From contig NC_043000.1 in NCBI RefSeq assembly GCF_006345805.1, positions 164,486,001-164,550,000 on the forward strand: a stretch of DNA of 64,000 nucleotides. The letters run 5' to 3'. This document shows, in pieces, positions 39,271 to 51,873 of this stretch. The stretch is from Octopus sinensis. Taxonomy: Eukaryota. A program made the translations under genes and the position numbers. Each line of letters opens with the position of its first letter. Within the stretch, counting starts at the first letter, position 1. The notes beneath the pieces were generated by a model that saw nothing but the letters and a program-made list of their open reading frames with translations, did no database searches and was not told the DNA's origin.

Positions 39271-39585
39271 TTTATTTTTGATAGCCTCTAATTGATCCTC
39301 ATTGGACAGATGACTCACAGTAGCTTGGACACCATTATTATTATTACCACTGCTGCTAGTGCAAGGGACGGCTACTTCACTCGACTCAGCTGCATCTTGG
39401 CTACCCAAAAGCTCTTGCTGCCATTTCATGCGGAATTCATCAAGCTGTGCTTCAAAGTCGAATGCTTTCGAGGAGTCATAATCATCGTCATCATCATCAT
39501 CTGCTTCTTCAGCTTCTTCCTCCTCACCCTCCTCCTCCTCTGACAGTTGATAATCACCGGGAGTTGGGAACTGGTTTTCCTCTTC
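39271..39585 (-). CDS. FBXO9: FBXO9 most 5' identified coding exon (no start codon)
   Basis: AATTACAG / GTAAGT; EEENQFPTPGDYQLSEEEEGEEEEAEEADDDDDDYDSSKAFDFEAQLDEFRMKWQQELLG...EAIKNK resembles DLQAQLQMFRAQWMFEL; in-frame TAA just upstream of the acceptor. Confidence 0.92.
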
Positions 39586-40435
39586 CTGTAATTACAAAAT
39601 GGGGATCCCCGTTTCAGAATTGAATAAAATATTTCACAAGTAAATGATGAAGTAAAAAAGATGATTGACAAGTGAGTGAGGTGAACCTCTACATAGTCAC
39701 TTGACCGTGGAGATGAAATCCTAAATATACTATTTCTTTGTACAAGACAGCCTCTGATTCTAAATCTATTTGACCAGGGCCAAAATGGGATGAAATCACT
39801 ATTTCTAAATGTCATCTGAGTCTTCAATGACAACTTAGAAAGCCAGTGTTTAGCTCCAGTTTCATGACTTGGAATATATAAAAGAAATAAGTCCATCCTG
39901 TGATAGGACACTGGTAAATCATTACAGATAATAATTTCCAGATGATCTGAAATCGATGAAGATCTTGTCAGTTGAGTGAAGGAACTGAAGAGGTAATGGC
40001 AAAAACAAAAAAAAAAAAAAATGCTCAACTCAGAAATAACAAAGTACCTGCAGCAGTTCTAACTGAAGTCCTAATCAATAAACAGGTAAGTCCAATACCA
40101 ATTCCACTGAGCCATTTCTCCCCATAACTTAGCAGTTATGGGCATGTCAAGTGGTGAGGGGTTACAAACACACAGACACACACAATATAAATATATGTAT
40201 GCACACACACACACACACACACACACAATGGGCTTCTGCACAGTTTCAGTCCACCAAACTCACTCACAAGGCATTGGTCAGCCCAAGGCTATAGAAGACA
40301 CTTGCCCAAGATGTACTGTGGTGCTATTAAATGCAAACAAAAAGTAAAGTAGAAAACTTCTATGCAAATACTACAATTCTTATTAAATAAAAAAAATCAA
40401 TTCACATTTCAGTTCATACACATGCACACACACAT

Positions 40436-40490
<55 letters not shown>

Positions 40491-41376
40491 GATAGGTACA
40501 CACATATTACTGTATCATTAAGAAGTCTGCTTTGCAACCTTGAGATTTTGGGTTCAATCCCACTGCACGGCACCTTCATCAAGCGTTGTCTACAATAGTC
40601 CTCCCACCGATCAGCCAACCATTGTTTTGTGGGTGAATTTAGTAAAAGGAAACTGTACAAAGCCTAGCATATGTGAGTGTGTGTGTGTGTGTGTGAATAT
40701 TTGTAATCTACGCTCTGCATGAAAAAGCACTGAGCAACAAATGGTAAAGTTTGTTGATATTTCCTGCTAACAAATCATCCAATAGGTCTGAAGGTTTTGA
40801 AGACATGTGGAATAAAAAATCCCTAATACGAAAAATAGGTAAAGGTTAGCAACAAAACAGTTATCCAGTTGTAAAATACAATGTCTCAACGTTTGTATTT
40901 GCCTCTGTTAACATGGAAAAGAATACACAGACAGACAGGCAGATTTCTGTTATCTTTATTCATTGAAGATAACTTTGAAATATATCACTTCTATTTACTA
41001 AGATTATGGTTAAGTCTAAGGGTTAGATTAGAGAGAAAGAAAGATATTTAATTTCTTTTTATACTCAATTGTAATCTTCAATGCTTAAAATAGAAATTTA
41101 AAAGAAATTTTGTACATAAATAACAAAATTTAAAAGGCTCAGGGGATGTTTCTTGCAACAGTTCAGCTATGTTATTGTATATCAATAAGCATTTCATAGA
41201 ATTTTAATGATTTTCATTCAACAAATTGGCTACCAACTGTATTCTTTATTTCTTGGGAAGGAGAGGTATTATTCTACTCATCAATATAGAACTCTCACTT
41301 GGAAAACAGCTGAGGGTTGGTGACTGGAAGAGCATCTAGCTGTAAAATCTTACCTTAACTAACTCACCATCTAACC

Positions 41377-41729
41377 CAGTGGTTCTCAACCAGGGTCCGT
41401 ATGGCCCTTGAGGATTCATATAAGAATGAGGGGGGGGGATTCACACAAAAATATAGTAAATTGGGGACCACAATAGTATTTTAAGAGTGTCTGAAAAAAT
41501 TTTGCTTTAGATGCATGTATTGGTATGTATTGCAAGAAACAGCCAGGTTTCTTTCTCTAACATTTTACATCGTCCAACCTACACAAGTTAATGTGTGACA
41601 AAAAACAAATGGAATTTGGAAAGAATTATCTATAAAACTAGTTTTTATACTTTGAATGGGCATGGGGGTCCACCAGAATGAAATAACAACCAAAGGGGGT
41701 CCAAAATGAAAAATGGTTGAGAACCCCTG
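41377..41729. mobile_element. hAT-type MITE inserted in a SINE tail
   Basis: TIRs CAGTGGTTCTCAACC / GGTTGAGAACCCCTG; 8-bp TSD ATCTAACC (41369-41376) / ATTTAACC (41730-41737). Confidence 0.88.
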
Positions 41730-42414
41730 ATTTAACCCATGTTAGTTTAGAAGAATAGGTGTAAAATGAACAAATGTACAAATACAATTGTGGTAATGTG
41801 ACAAAATACACCCAGTACATGCTGTAAAGTGGTTGTTGAAAAGAAGGACATCCAGTCTTAGAAACTATGCAAAACAAAAATTATAAATAAATAAATGAAA
41901 CTTATGAGCAAAATGTGGACTCTGCAAAGCACAGTGTAGGTCACCCATTTGAGAGGAACTCTGAATAAGAACTGACACAGAATAGAGGATCTCTTTAGTG
42001 TTTTTGCATGAAACATCCTCTTTAGTGCAACACAATTATCACACTGGAACATTCTCATTGCCATTTTAATGTTCCCTTTTCCATGCTTGCATGGGTTAAG
42101 TGGAATTCATTAAGGCAGATCTTCGGTGACTAGAAGCCCTTCCAGTTTCAAAACAAGGTAATATTTCTCCATCACTTGTATGACAGTGACATTCATTTAT
42201 AACTATCCTGTGATGTTAAAACAAGGACACACACTTATTCATATAAACACATACAATGATGTTCTTTTAGTTTTTATCTACAAAATTCACTCACAAGGCT
42301 TACAGTAGAAAGTATTTGCCCAAGGTGCCACACAATGAGACCGAACCCAAAACCACGTGGTAAGGAAGCAAACTTAATTTCATTTAAATCCTCTCTTTAT
42401 AACTATCTTCTTTT

Positions 42415-42830
42415 TATCTTTTTACTTGTTTAAGTCATTAGACTGTGGCCATGCTGGGGCATTGCCTTGAAGAATTTTTAGTTGAATGAATCAATCCCAG
42501 TACTTATTTTTATAATTAAACTTGGCACTTATTCTATCAGTTTCTTTTGCCAAATCGATAAGTTACAGAGTGTAAACACACCAACACTGGTTGTCAAGCA
42601 GTTGTAGGTGACAAACACACACACAAAAACCATACATTCATAATACATAAATACATACAAACCTATATATATAACGAGTTTTTTTCAGTTTCCATTTCTC
42701 AAAACCACTCACAAGGTTTTGATTGGTCCAAGGCTATAGTAGGAGATACTTGCCCAAGGCACAAACAGCAGGACTGAAACTGGACTCATGTGGTTTGGAA
42801 GCAAGCTTCTTACCATACAACCATGCCTAG
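42415..42830 (-). mobile_element. tRNA-headed SINE (family 1), decayed
   Basis: Same head, internal and tail blocks as other family-1 copies, with CpG loss. Confidence 0.75.
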
Positions 42831-44026
42831 TCATTTTTTTATAACTACCCTTAATTACAATTGTGTTTAAAACTTAGACCCCTGAATATGTTTAAAAGAA
42901 TGTTACAATAACACTGACTCCTTCTAACTCAAACTCTGCCCTGTTTTTTTTTTTTTCTACATTTTCCAACAGCTTTAATATAGTAGTCTCCTGGACATTA
43001 CTATCTTGAGTCTTAGGAATATTAGGGTCAAGTTATTTAGTTTGCACGGTGTATAAGTGACTGAGGTTAGAGTATTCCCTGTGTGAAGGGCACCAGTGAA
43101 CCACTGCAACAAATATGGAGTGTTCTGTTTGAGAATGCCCTGCACCACCTGGTCTGGAAATTGAAACCATGATCTGGTGATTGTAAGTCCAACACCTTAA
43201 CCACTAAGCTATACACCTTCATGTAAAGTTTTATGAATAATATTTTATAAATAGGTTTAGCTGTGTAATTTTCTTTTTGAAATGTAGTTTTGTCAGATCA
43301 CAGTTAACACCAAAAAGGGTTCCCCACCTCTGGTCTATGGTATTCAAAAGAAGAGGTTTTGCCATAGAAATCTGGAAGACAAAATTTACGTTTTGAACAC
43401 CCCCAAGCCATCTCTGAGTAAAACCCGGGATCAAATGTGTTCAAACCTTAACCATCCCGTCTTTTTCCTACACACAATGCATTCAAAACTACGTTATCCA
43501 GTGTTGTTCTTTTAAGACAATAGGCTGATTTGGAGTTTTGACTGCTATTTCTAGCATGTCGAGCGACCCCGTAAAGGCTCCCCTCAGCTCATAAAATATT
43601 GATCTAATATATATAAGTACTTTCGGCACTAATTGAATAAGCAAATGAGAAAGTGTGTGTGGTCGTTCGTCTTGTAAAACCAAGCAGCCAAATATCGCTA
43701 ATTACACACCCGTCTGTCTGTGTAATAGGAAAAACACGTGGAACAAGGTTGGCCAACAAATAGAAAAAGACAAGAGGATCACAGTTTGAATGGCTTTCGT
43801 TACGATGACCTAGTTTGCCCGATTCATGGCTGACTTTGGTAATAACAACACAAGTTGAAGGACATTTTATGCCTACGTGGTGCGGGTTATTATTTGAATA
43901 AAAAAAAAAAACGAGGGAGGGAAGGGGGGAAAGAGAGGGTGAGAAAAGGGGCGGAGGGGAAAAAAAGGAAGAAAAGAAAGACGAAGATTGAGAAAGAAAA
44001 TGGCACAACACAAATACAGGGAACAT

Positions 44027-44050
<24 letters not shown>

Positions 44051-44061
<11 letters not shown>

Positions 44062-44249
44062 TTCGAGACAAAACCACTATTTTGCAAATCAAACAAGGAA
44101 AGACTTAATCAATACATAAAAATTTTAATATAAAATAAATAAATAAATAAATAATTTATTTATTTTATATTAAAATTATATTATGTATTGATTAAGTCTT
44201 TCCTTGTTTGTTTTGCAAAATAGTGGTTTTGTCTCGAATTAATATTATA
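44051..44249. repeat. ~200-bp near-perfect palindrome next to (TA)n
   Basis: TATAATATTAATTCGAGACAAAACCACTATTTTGCAAA...TTTGCAAAATAGTGGTTTTGTCTCGAATTAATATTATA. Confidence 0.92.
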
Positions 44250-44904
44250 TAATATTTTACTATAAAATTGGATTTAATCCTAAATCTGATTTTTTCCCTG
44301 TAAATTTGGATTTATTCCCTAATATTTATTATTATATATATATATATATATATACATACATATACACACACGCACACGCACGCACATATGAATTAAATAC
44401 ATAAAATTATATTTAAAAAAATAAATATTAAACTAAGGTTTTTGCTTTAAAGCAAGTTCAAGAATAAGGGGAATGGACGGGATTCAATACTGAGAGGTTG
44501 CAAACTCGTAGTAAAATACGTATTGTTTGAGTTTTGAAGTTTTGTCTTTGATCAACTTGAACACACACGCGTGAATTGTGCGTGCATTTATTTTTACGAA
44601 TCATATAATCATACACACCTTTACAGAAAAGGAAGAGGTTGTTCACTTCATAATTACAAAAAATTTCAGTTTGTTTGCCTAAGACAGTCATGAGAAAAGA
44701 GACTTTCTGAATGCCACATCTAACGAAAAATTACCTTGGTAGTGTGATCCATCAGATGAAGAGCTATGTCCCATGCAACCTGCTTTTCGCAAAGAAGTTG
44801 CCCATGCGTGTTCTAAGGTGGGCTACCTATCAGAAATTTCGACCACCTTTCACCTCTCTCTATAACTCCAGCCCACACCAACACAATTGAGGAAAAGTAA
44901 ACGA

Positions 44905-45490
44905 ATGGGCGTAGGAGCGGCTGTGTGGTAACTTGCTTACCAACCACATGGTTCTGGGTTCAGTCCCACTGCATGGCACCTTGGGCAAGTGTCTTCTGTT
45001 ATAGTCTCGGGCCGACCAAAGCCTTGTGAGTGGATTTGGTAGACGGAAACTGAAAGAAGCCCGTCGTATATCATCATCATCGTTTAACGTCCGCTTTCCA
45101 TGCTAGCAGGGGTTGGACGATTTGACTGAGGACTAGCGAACCAGAAGGCTGCACCAGGCTCCAGTCTTGATCTGGCAGAGTTTCTACAGCTGGATGCCCT
45201 TCCTAACGCCAACCACTCCGAGAGTGTAGTGGGTGCTTTTATGTGCCACCGGCACGAGGGCCAGTCAGGCGGTACTGGCAATGGCCATGAAAAAATCGTG
45301 TTTTTTTTTTTTACGTGTTAACTGCACACCAGCACAAGTGCCAGTAAGGCGACGCTGGTAACGATCACGCTCGAATGGTGCTTTTTACGTGCCACATATA
45401 TGTATGTGTAGTTTGTGTGTCTGTGTTTGTCCCCCCAACATCGCTTGACAACCGATGCTGGTGTGTTTACGTCCCCGTAACTTACACGGC
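44905..45490 (+). mobile_element. Family-1 SINE interrupted by an oppositely oriented (GAT)n-tailed element (~45071-45395)
   Basis: Head GGGCGTAGGAGCGGCTGTGTGG...GAAGCCCGTCGTATA, then (TCA)n and the reversed RTE-type tail, then the SINE resumes GTGTTTGTCCCCCCAACATCGC. Confidence 0.82.
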
Positions 45491-45639
45491 AATGATGGAG
45501 TAAGCATGTTGTCTTAAGAGACAGTGAATAGTGGTAGTCCTGGCTGAGAAAGAAAAAACTGTATGGTCACTTATAGAATGACTTTGACCTATCAGAGCTG
45601 ATCTTTGCCTTCAGCTTCATTTCCAGTGACTATTTTTTT

Positions 45640-46720
45640 ATTTTTTTATTTTTATTTTATTTAGTTTCAGCTCACAAGCTGTGGCCATGCTGGGGCACCG
45701 CCATTTGGTGTTGCTACATGATTTTACTTCACGAATGCTTTTTAGCAAATGCCATCTGGTGCATGAGAGAGTTCGATGCAGCTGCCCTCATCAGCACCTC
45801 CTGCCGTGAAGTTGGTTCATCTGGGACACCTGACAAGAAAAGATCCAGTTTCATTTTAAAGACATCTGCATCCACCCCATGCAGGTCTCTTAGGTTCTTC
45901 GGGAGGATATTGAAGAGCTGTGGGCCTCGGAAGGCCAGGCTATCACAGTATCTTGATGGCAAATTTGGAGTCTTGGCACTATGCAGTGGCACCCAGTTCT
46001 GGCATTTGTGTAACTCTCGATGCCAAAGTTTGGGACAAGTCCTTCTAGGATCTTCCAGATGGCATATCTTTCTCACCTACGCTCCAAGGAATAGAGTCTC
46101 AATCTCGTGAGTCTTTCCCAATAGCTTATATGCTTCACAGAGGCTATCTTCTTCGTGTAGCTTCGTTGAATCGCCTCAAGTTCTGTGATCAACTTGACAC
46201 TGGATGGTGACCATAGCTGAGAGCAATAATCAAAGTGGCTTAGGACAAGTGTCATCCAGAGAACCATCATGGTTTCCTGGTCTCTTGTTCTAAAGGTTCT
46301 AAGAATCCATCCGGTCAGCCGCCTACATTTCATTGCCAATTTAGCAACATGCACATGAAAGGTTGCATCATCACTCATGTAAATACCCAGGTCTCGCACT
46401 GATTGTGCCTCTGGGATTGCAATCCCTCCAGGTCCAGTGTATTCATTGGGTATTGCATTTAGTTTTGCATGCTGATAGTATAAAGCTTGAAACTTTTCAG
46501 CATTGAACTGCATGCTATTCTTTTCAGCCCACTTGTATATTTTGTCCAGCTCACATTGCAGGTGCTTAGTGTCTTCAGGGTTCTGTATTGCCTGTGAAAC
46601 TTTTGTATCATCTGCATAACTTGTGATCGTGGCTCTCTGCGTGGCTGAGGGCATGTCTAAGAGGGCCATTATGAACAGTAGTGGTCCCAGAACAGTGCCT
46701 TGCGGAACACCGCTCACTAT
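45640..46720 (-). mobile_element. 5'-truncated CR1-clade LINE (different family from 27.7/60.5 kb)
   Basis: SGVPQGTVLGPLLF...SYADDTK...LYSLERR then CGA to TGA stop; downstream frame RYCDSLAFRGPQLFNILPK; 3' end GGCGGTGCCCCAGCATGGCCACAGC plus A-rich tail. Confidence 0.92.
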
Positions 46721-47117
46721 TTGTGATGCATTTGAAGATGCATTTTTAAAAAATACTTAACATGATATGATACCTGGTTGACGTCTCCAGTGAGAACACA
46801 CCTCTAAGCGATCGTTCTATCTACTAGAAATAGCAGCCAAAGCAACCTAAAAGAACGAAGGACACACAGGATAATGTAGTTCTAAATATACCACACTGAG
46901 AACAACAGGTTGGCTTGAGGTTAAATAACAACAGCATTTCTTATTTCTTTTTTCAGTGTGTGTGATGGGACTGAAATCTTATAAAAAGACGGAAAGTTTA
47001 AAAATGAATCAAAATGGCTAGTTTCGGTATTCCGTTAATGTGTGCATAACTGAATTTTGTTTAGCCTCAGCAGATGTATAATGACTGGCGATCCAGTCTT
47101 TTCAACCGTATTTCTAC

Positions 47118-47430
47118 AGGAGGTGAAGACGCATGGCTTAGTGGTAAGGGTATTCGGCTCACAGTCATTAGGTCGTGAGTTCGATTCCCGGTAGCGCATT
47201 GTATCTTTTTACGTTGTTGTGGTCCACTCAGCTGGTGAAAACACTAGGACCTGTATTTCAAAGGGTCAGCCTTATAATATCTTGTGTCACAACTGAATTT
47301 CTCTAAGAGCAACGTTAAGGGTACGAGTATTTATGGAGTGCTCAACCAGTTGCAAGTTCATTTCAAGAGCAGCCTGTTCCATTGGTCGGACCCACTGGAA
47401 CCCTCGCCGTCGTAACCGACGGAGTGCCAG
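47118..47430 (+). mobile_element. tRNA-headed SINE (family 4)
   Basis: GACGCATGGCTTAGTGGTAAGGGTATTCGG...GTGAGTTCGATTCCCGG head followed by a non-tRNA body. Confidence 0.7.
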
Positions 47431-47706
47431 TTAATAAGTTATGTCAATAGGAATAGCTAGTCTGTATGCTAGGTGAGTACTATACACAGCTCCATCACGT
47501 GACTTTTAGAGGCCCCCTGCAACTTTTTGTTTCGAGGCTCCATCCCTTCAATCAAAATTCATAATCTATTTTACTTTATTCTAACTGAAGTTCAGTATTT
47601 CACGTTATCCTAAAGAACATATTTAAAAGTACAAGTTAAACTTATTTATGTCTATCACAAATTTCAAAAAGTAAAACTTCCAGATATGAATAAAAGAGCA
47701 CTTTTA

Positions 47707-48440
47707 GGATCTTTTCCTTTTGAACGCCAGTTTTCAACACAATTTCTAGTTAACTAAACACTTTTAAACTTCGTATACTGGTAGAATGTATCAAAATAAA
47801 ACATTTTTTTCTCTTGGCTTTCTTGAGAAAATAGTAATTTGTAAGTTTAACGTAGTTTAATTTTTCGAATTTTAACCAATCCCTATATTGAGCTAAAATC
47901 ATTTGCTGCGTCTAAAACAGACAACATCCTGTTATTAACCCTAACCCTCACCCTAATCCTAAATTTTAGCCTTTCGTTTTTTTTTCTTAATAGTTAAATA
48001 AATTTAAGGATAACAATTAAGAAAAAAAAAACGAAAGCAATGGAAAATAATTTTGATTTAACAATTAAGAAAAAAAAAACGAAAGGCTAAAACGAAAGCA
48101 AAAACTCAAAACAAAACGAATAATTTTAGACACGCGTAACAATCAAATTAATTTAACAATTAAGAAAAAAAAACCGAAAGGCTAAAATTTAGGGTTAGGG
48201 TTAGTGACGGGATGTTGTCTCAGTTTTAGACACAGCAAATGATTTTAGCTCAATAGAGAGCATAGGATTGGTTAAAATTCGAAAAATTAAACTACGTTAA
48301 ACTTACAGATTACAATTTTCTCAAGAAATCCAAGGGGAAAAAATGTTTTATTTTGACACATTCTACCAGTATACGAAGTTTAAAAGTGTTTAATTAACTA
48401 GAAATTGTGTTGAAAACTGCCGTTCAAAAGGAAAAGATCC
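47707..48440. mobile_element. Non-autonomous DNA element with ~290-bp TIRs containing TTAGGG repeats (superfamily unassigned)
   Basis: GGATCTTTTCCTTTTGAACG...CGTTCAAAAGGAAAAGATCC ends; arms carry TAACCCTAACCC / TTAGGGTTAGGG. Confidence 0.85.
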
Positions 48441-50077
48441 CACTTTTATAATCCAGGAAACTTTCGAAGACAAACACGGCGCACTTTTCGCATCGCGCAA
48501 TCATTGATCAGTTCAGAATAATCAAGCTGAGAGCTAAGCTCGTGTTCAATAGATATCATAGGCAATCCACAAAGTCTGGTACACGCTCATGGTACAATGC
48601 AATATTTTTACAAGAACTTTTGCAGGTACAATGTATTACCATTTTACTTCTTGAAATTTTCAGTTAACATAGTTTAATTCTTGTTCAACATCTTAACCAA
48701 CATAAATAGCTGACTCATCTATGTACTTTGATCTTGACATGAGGATCCTGAACCGCTGAGGTCGTTGGGACTACAAGGGTAGTAGGAGCTTAGCGACGGC
48801 CCTGGCTATACATCTATGAAAGGCAGTAAATATTCCTCATAATTTGCTTTCAAATCGAATTGCTAACTCGGATTGGCAGAATCGTTAGAACGTCGAACAA
48901 AATAAATGTCAGGTGGTTTTTGATCCGACTATTTACGCTATGAGCTCATATCCTACCAAGGTTAAGTTTGTTTTTCATCTCTCCAAGATCGATAAGAAAA
49001 TGTACCATTCTGGTTGTGGAAGTGATTAACTCCTTCCCCTCAAAAATACTAGCTTTATGCCCAGAGTTAGAAGGATTATATATAGAAATTGGCCCGAAGT
49101 TTGTATGGTTATGTTTTGGGTAATCTCTCGTTTTAAGTATCCACAAAGTGAAAGAACTGGAAACAAGTTGGCATCGACCAGAAACTTGGTAATAAACAGG
49201 AATGAAACTATTTCAGAGTTCAACGAAGTCCATTCCGGTTTCTGCAACAAACTCCATATTACTTTTTAATATCAATCGTCATTGTGCCAATTATCCCATA
49301 GTGAATGTTGTGACCTCTGCGATTCTCACAGGCGCTGGCCGTCCAAAATTCCGGCCATTTTTGCATAACAAACAATTTGCAAAGTGTCGCTGGCCACTTC
49401 CCGCATCAACGCCATCGCAGTCATGTCAGGGGGGGGGGCGCGGTTGAACACACCATTTGTCCTGGGATGTACTCCCTCCTCCTCCTCCTCCTACCATTCA
49501 CTGCTTAATCCAAACCCCTTTTTGCAGCTTCATTTCATTGGTGAACATTATTTAACTTTCATTTCTTTATGGCGCCATCTACCGAGTTCATTCTTTCACT
49601 TTCTTAATCAATCATAAACAAAGTTCAGCTCGCGCCACTTCCGCAATGCCACGCCTATCAAAAAATCGCCTTGAATTTTCTATTTTTTACTAGTGCGGCC
49701 CACCTTATGATGAGAAATGTCTCATGCGGCTCGCTTCTCAAAAAAGATCGCCCCTAAACACTTAAAACGAATGATTATTCCCTCCTACACTTATTTTTTA
49801 GTAATATTTATGCCAGAATCGCAGGCTCAGCACGGTAGTATAATAACAAACATATATCGCTGTTAATGTTTCGCACTACATTATTCACAGACATGAAGCA
49901 AATTTGTTATTTCAAATATGAAACTCACTCGTACTATTTTGCGTTTGTGATAAAAGCAACTAGTACAGAGAGGGGGGGGGAGAATATGAAAAAGTATTAG
50001 AGAAAAGGAGAAAGATCTAGTAAAAGGATATAAGGAGTATTGGTAAGAGGGTGAGAGACAGAGTGAGAAAGTTTACC

Positions 50078-50131
<54 letters not shown>

Positions 50132-50703
50132 ATGGTAAGAGAATATTAGAACTGATATAAGAGGGAATATAGTAATAAGGTGACACATACAGAAGAAAGT
50201 TGGGCGAAGGTAAAGAATACGCACACCTGGTGTTTAGGGTTACGCCGAAAACGGGTGGTGTGCATATTCTTTACCTCCACCGAAAGTTGATCATGAGCGA
50301 GCGAAGGGTGAGACAGATAATGGCAATCTCTTAATTCAATATGAAATGTTAAATTTATTTTTAAACGAACATAAATGACAATAGTTTCTTTTTTTTTTTT
50401 TTATCCGTCCATAAATGGATCGATCGATAATGTTAGCAGCGTTGTACAACTTAGTTTCTTAAAGGAGTGGATGTTGCGAAAATAAACAATAAAAACAAGG
50501 TGATTACTACTGTTGTTTAGCAACAAGGCAACCCCGACATCCAGCACACTTATGACCAAAGGAATTCTACCTGTGATCCCTCTTTTCTTTTTAGGGCTAT
50601 GACGGACTACATGATTTAACGCGGTTGTTTTTTGGGGGTTTTTTCCATTTATTTAAGACGTTAAAGTGCAATTTGAAGAATTAGCTGCGATTAGACTACA
50701 CAG

Positions 50704-50740
<37 letters not shown>

Positions 50741-51659
50741 AAAAAGGTATTTTTCTTGTTTAGCCCCAGTCAATCCTGATTGGCTGACAATTAAAGACAT
50801 TCTATGATGATCCCGTCTTTTTAGGGACATGTAAGACATTATCCACTGGATCTTTTTGAAGGAGACTTGATGACTGTCTGGTATATCGAGCGACAACAGA
50901 GGATCCCTCGAACAAGTTTGCAAGGCCTGGCCTGTTGATCAGCCTGATTGTGCAGACCTCTGATCAAAAGCATGGCCACCCCATTTTTTTACCTATGACT
51001 ACTTTCCTTATCCCGTGTGTCTTGTCCTTCAATTTTTAAGAGAGCACAGAGACTTAAACGAGGTTTGGCTGCTAATCCTCGCAGATCGAAAGAATAAATA
51101 GAGGCTCACTTGTTGACCCATTGTGGCTGTTCAACCCCTGCAGCTCTCAACAAGCCGACACGCTTTCCTGTCTTTCCGTAAGTAATAAATATAAAGTCAT
51201 ACAATTATAGAACAAGGCGACAAAAGAATAAAAAAGTGAAACAACAAAGAAAGAAAGTGTAGATGTCCGAGAGGTGGGTTCCAAGGAAGCCTTTTCCAAT
51301 GAAACCCTGCTTATATAAGTTTTGTCGTTTGTCCTTAAACAGAGGATGCCACGCCAACGACATATTGGAAGGTGTCAAGGTGGGTAAGAAGTTAGTATTG
51401 GTAGTTAAGTAGATAGATGTAAGGCGAGCGTATGTGTGTGTTCGTAGTCCATCTGTATAGAGTTGTATTTCCATACACACACACACACGCGCACATATGG
51501 GTGCATTTGGGGAGGGACACAGCATTTAAAACAATAAATAACGAAATAACGTCAGTATGATTTAAAGAATAAAATGCCAGTTGAATAGATACATTAACTC
51601 ACCATTCTACAAATGTAGATCGAATTCAGACGGTTAGTTCACGGAAAGAATAACAAATT

Positions 51660-51830
51660 ACGGCGGGACACTGGAACATTTTAGCTCTTCGTACGGCCGC
51701 CATTTTGTAATTCGCTACTTGAAACGCAATATACGTCAAGGGAGACAACTCAGTACATCGTGAGAGGCGCTTCCACTTTTGGCGAAAAATAACGCGGAAA
51801 AATTACTTGGAGACGCTTGTTGCATATAAA
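51660..51830 (-). promoter_or_regulatory. Candidate CpG-rich promoter / first exon
   Basis: YY1-type GCCGCCATTTTG (51696-51707) = minus AAAATGGCGGCC; E2F-like TTTTGGCG at 51777; ATG at 51703 in frame with two phase-0 GT sites. Confidence 0.35.
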
Positions 51831-51873
51831 AACTTGAAAGTAATGTGGGCGCTAGTAAGCTTTGTATAATAAA

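Noticed and set aside
39426-40028. 200-aa minus-strand ORF
   Set aside because: Overlaps the true FBXO9 exon in the wrong frame; the remainder is intron-like.
43604-44092. 162-aa minus-strand ORF
   Set aside because: Starts in a palindrome/(TA)n and a pyrimidine tract; no recognisable homology.
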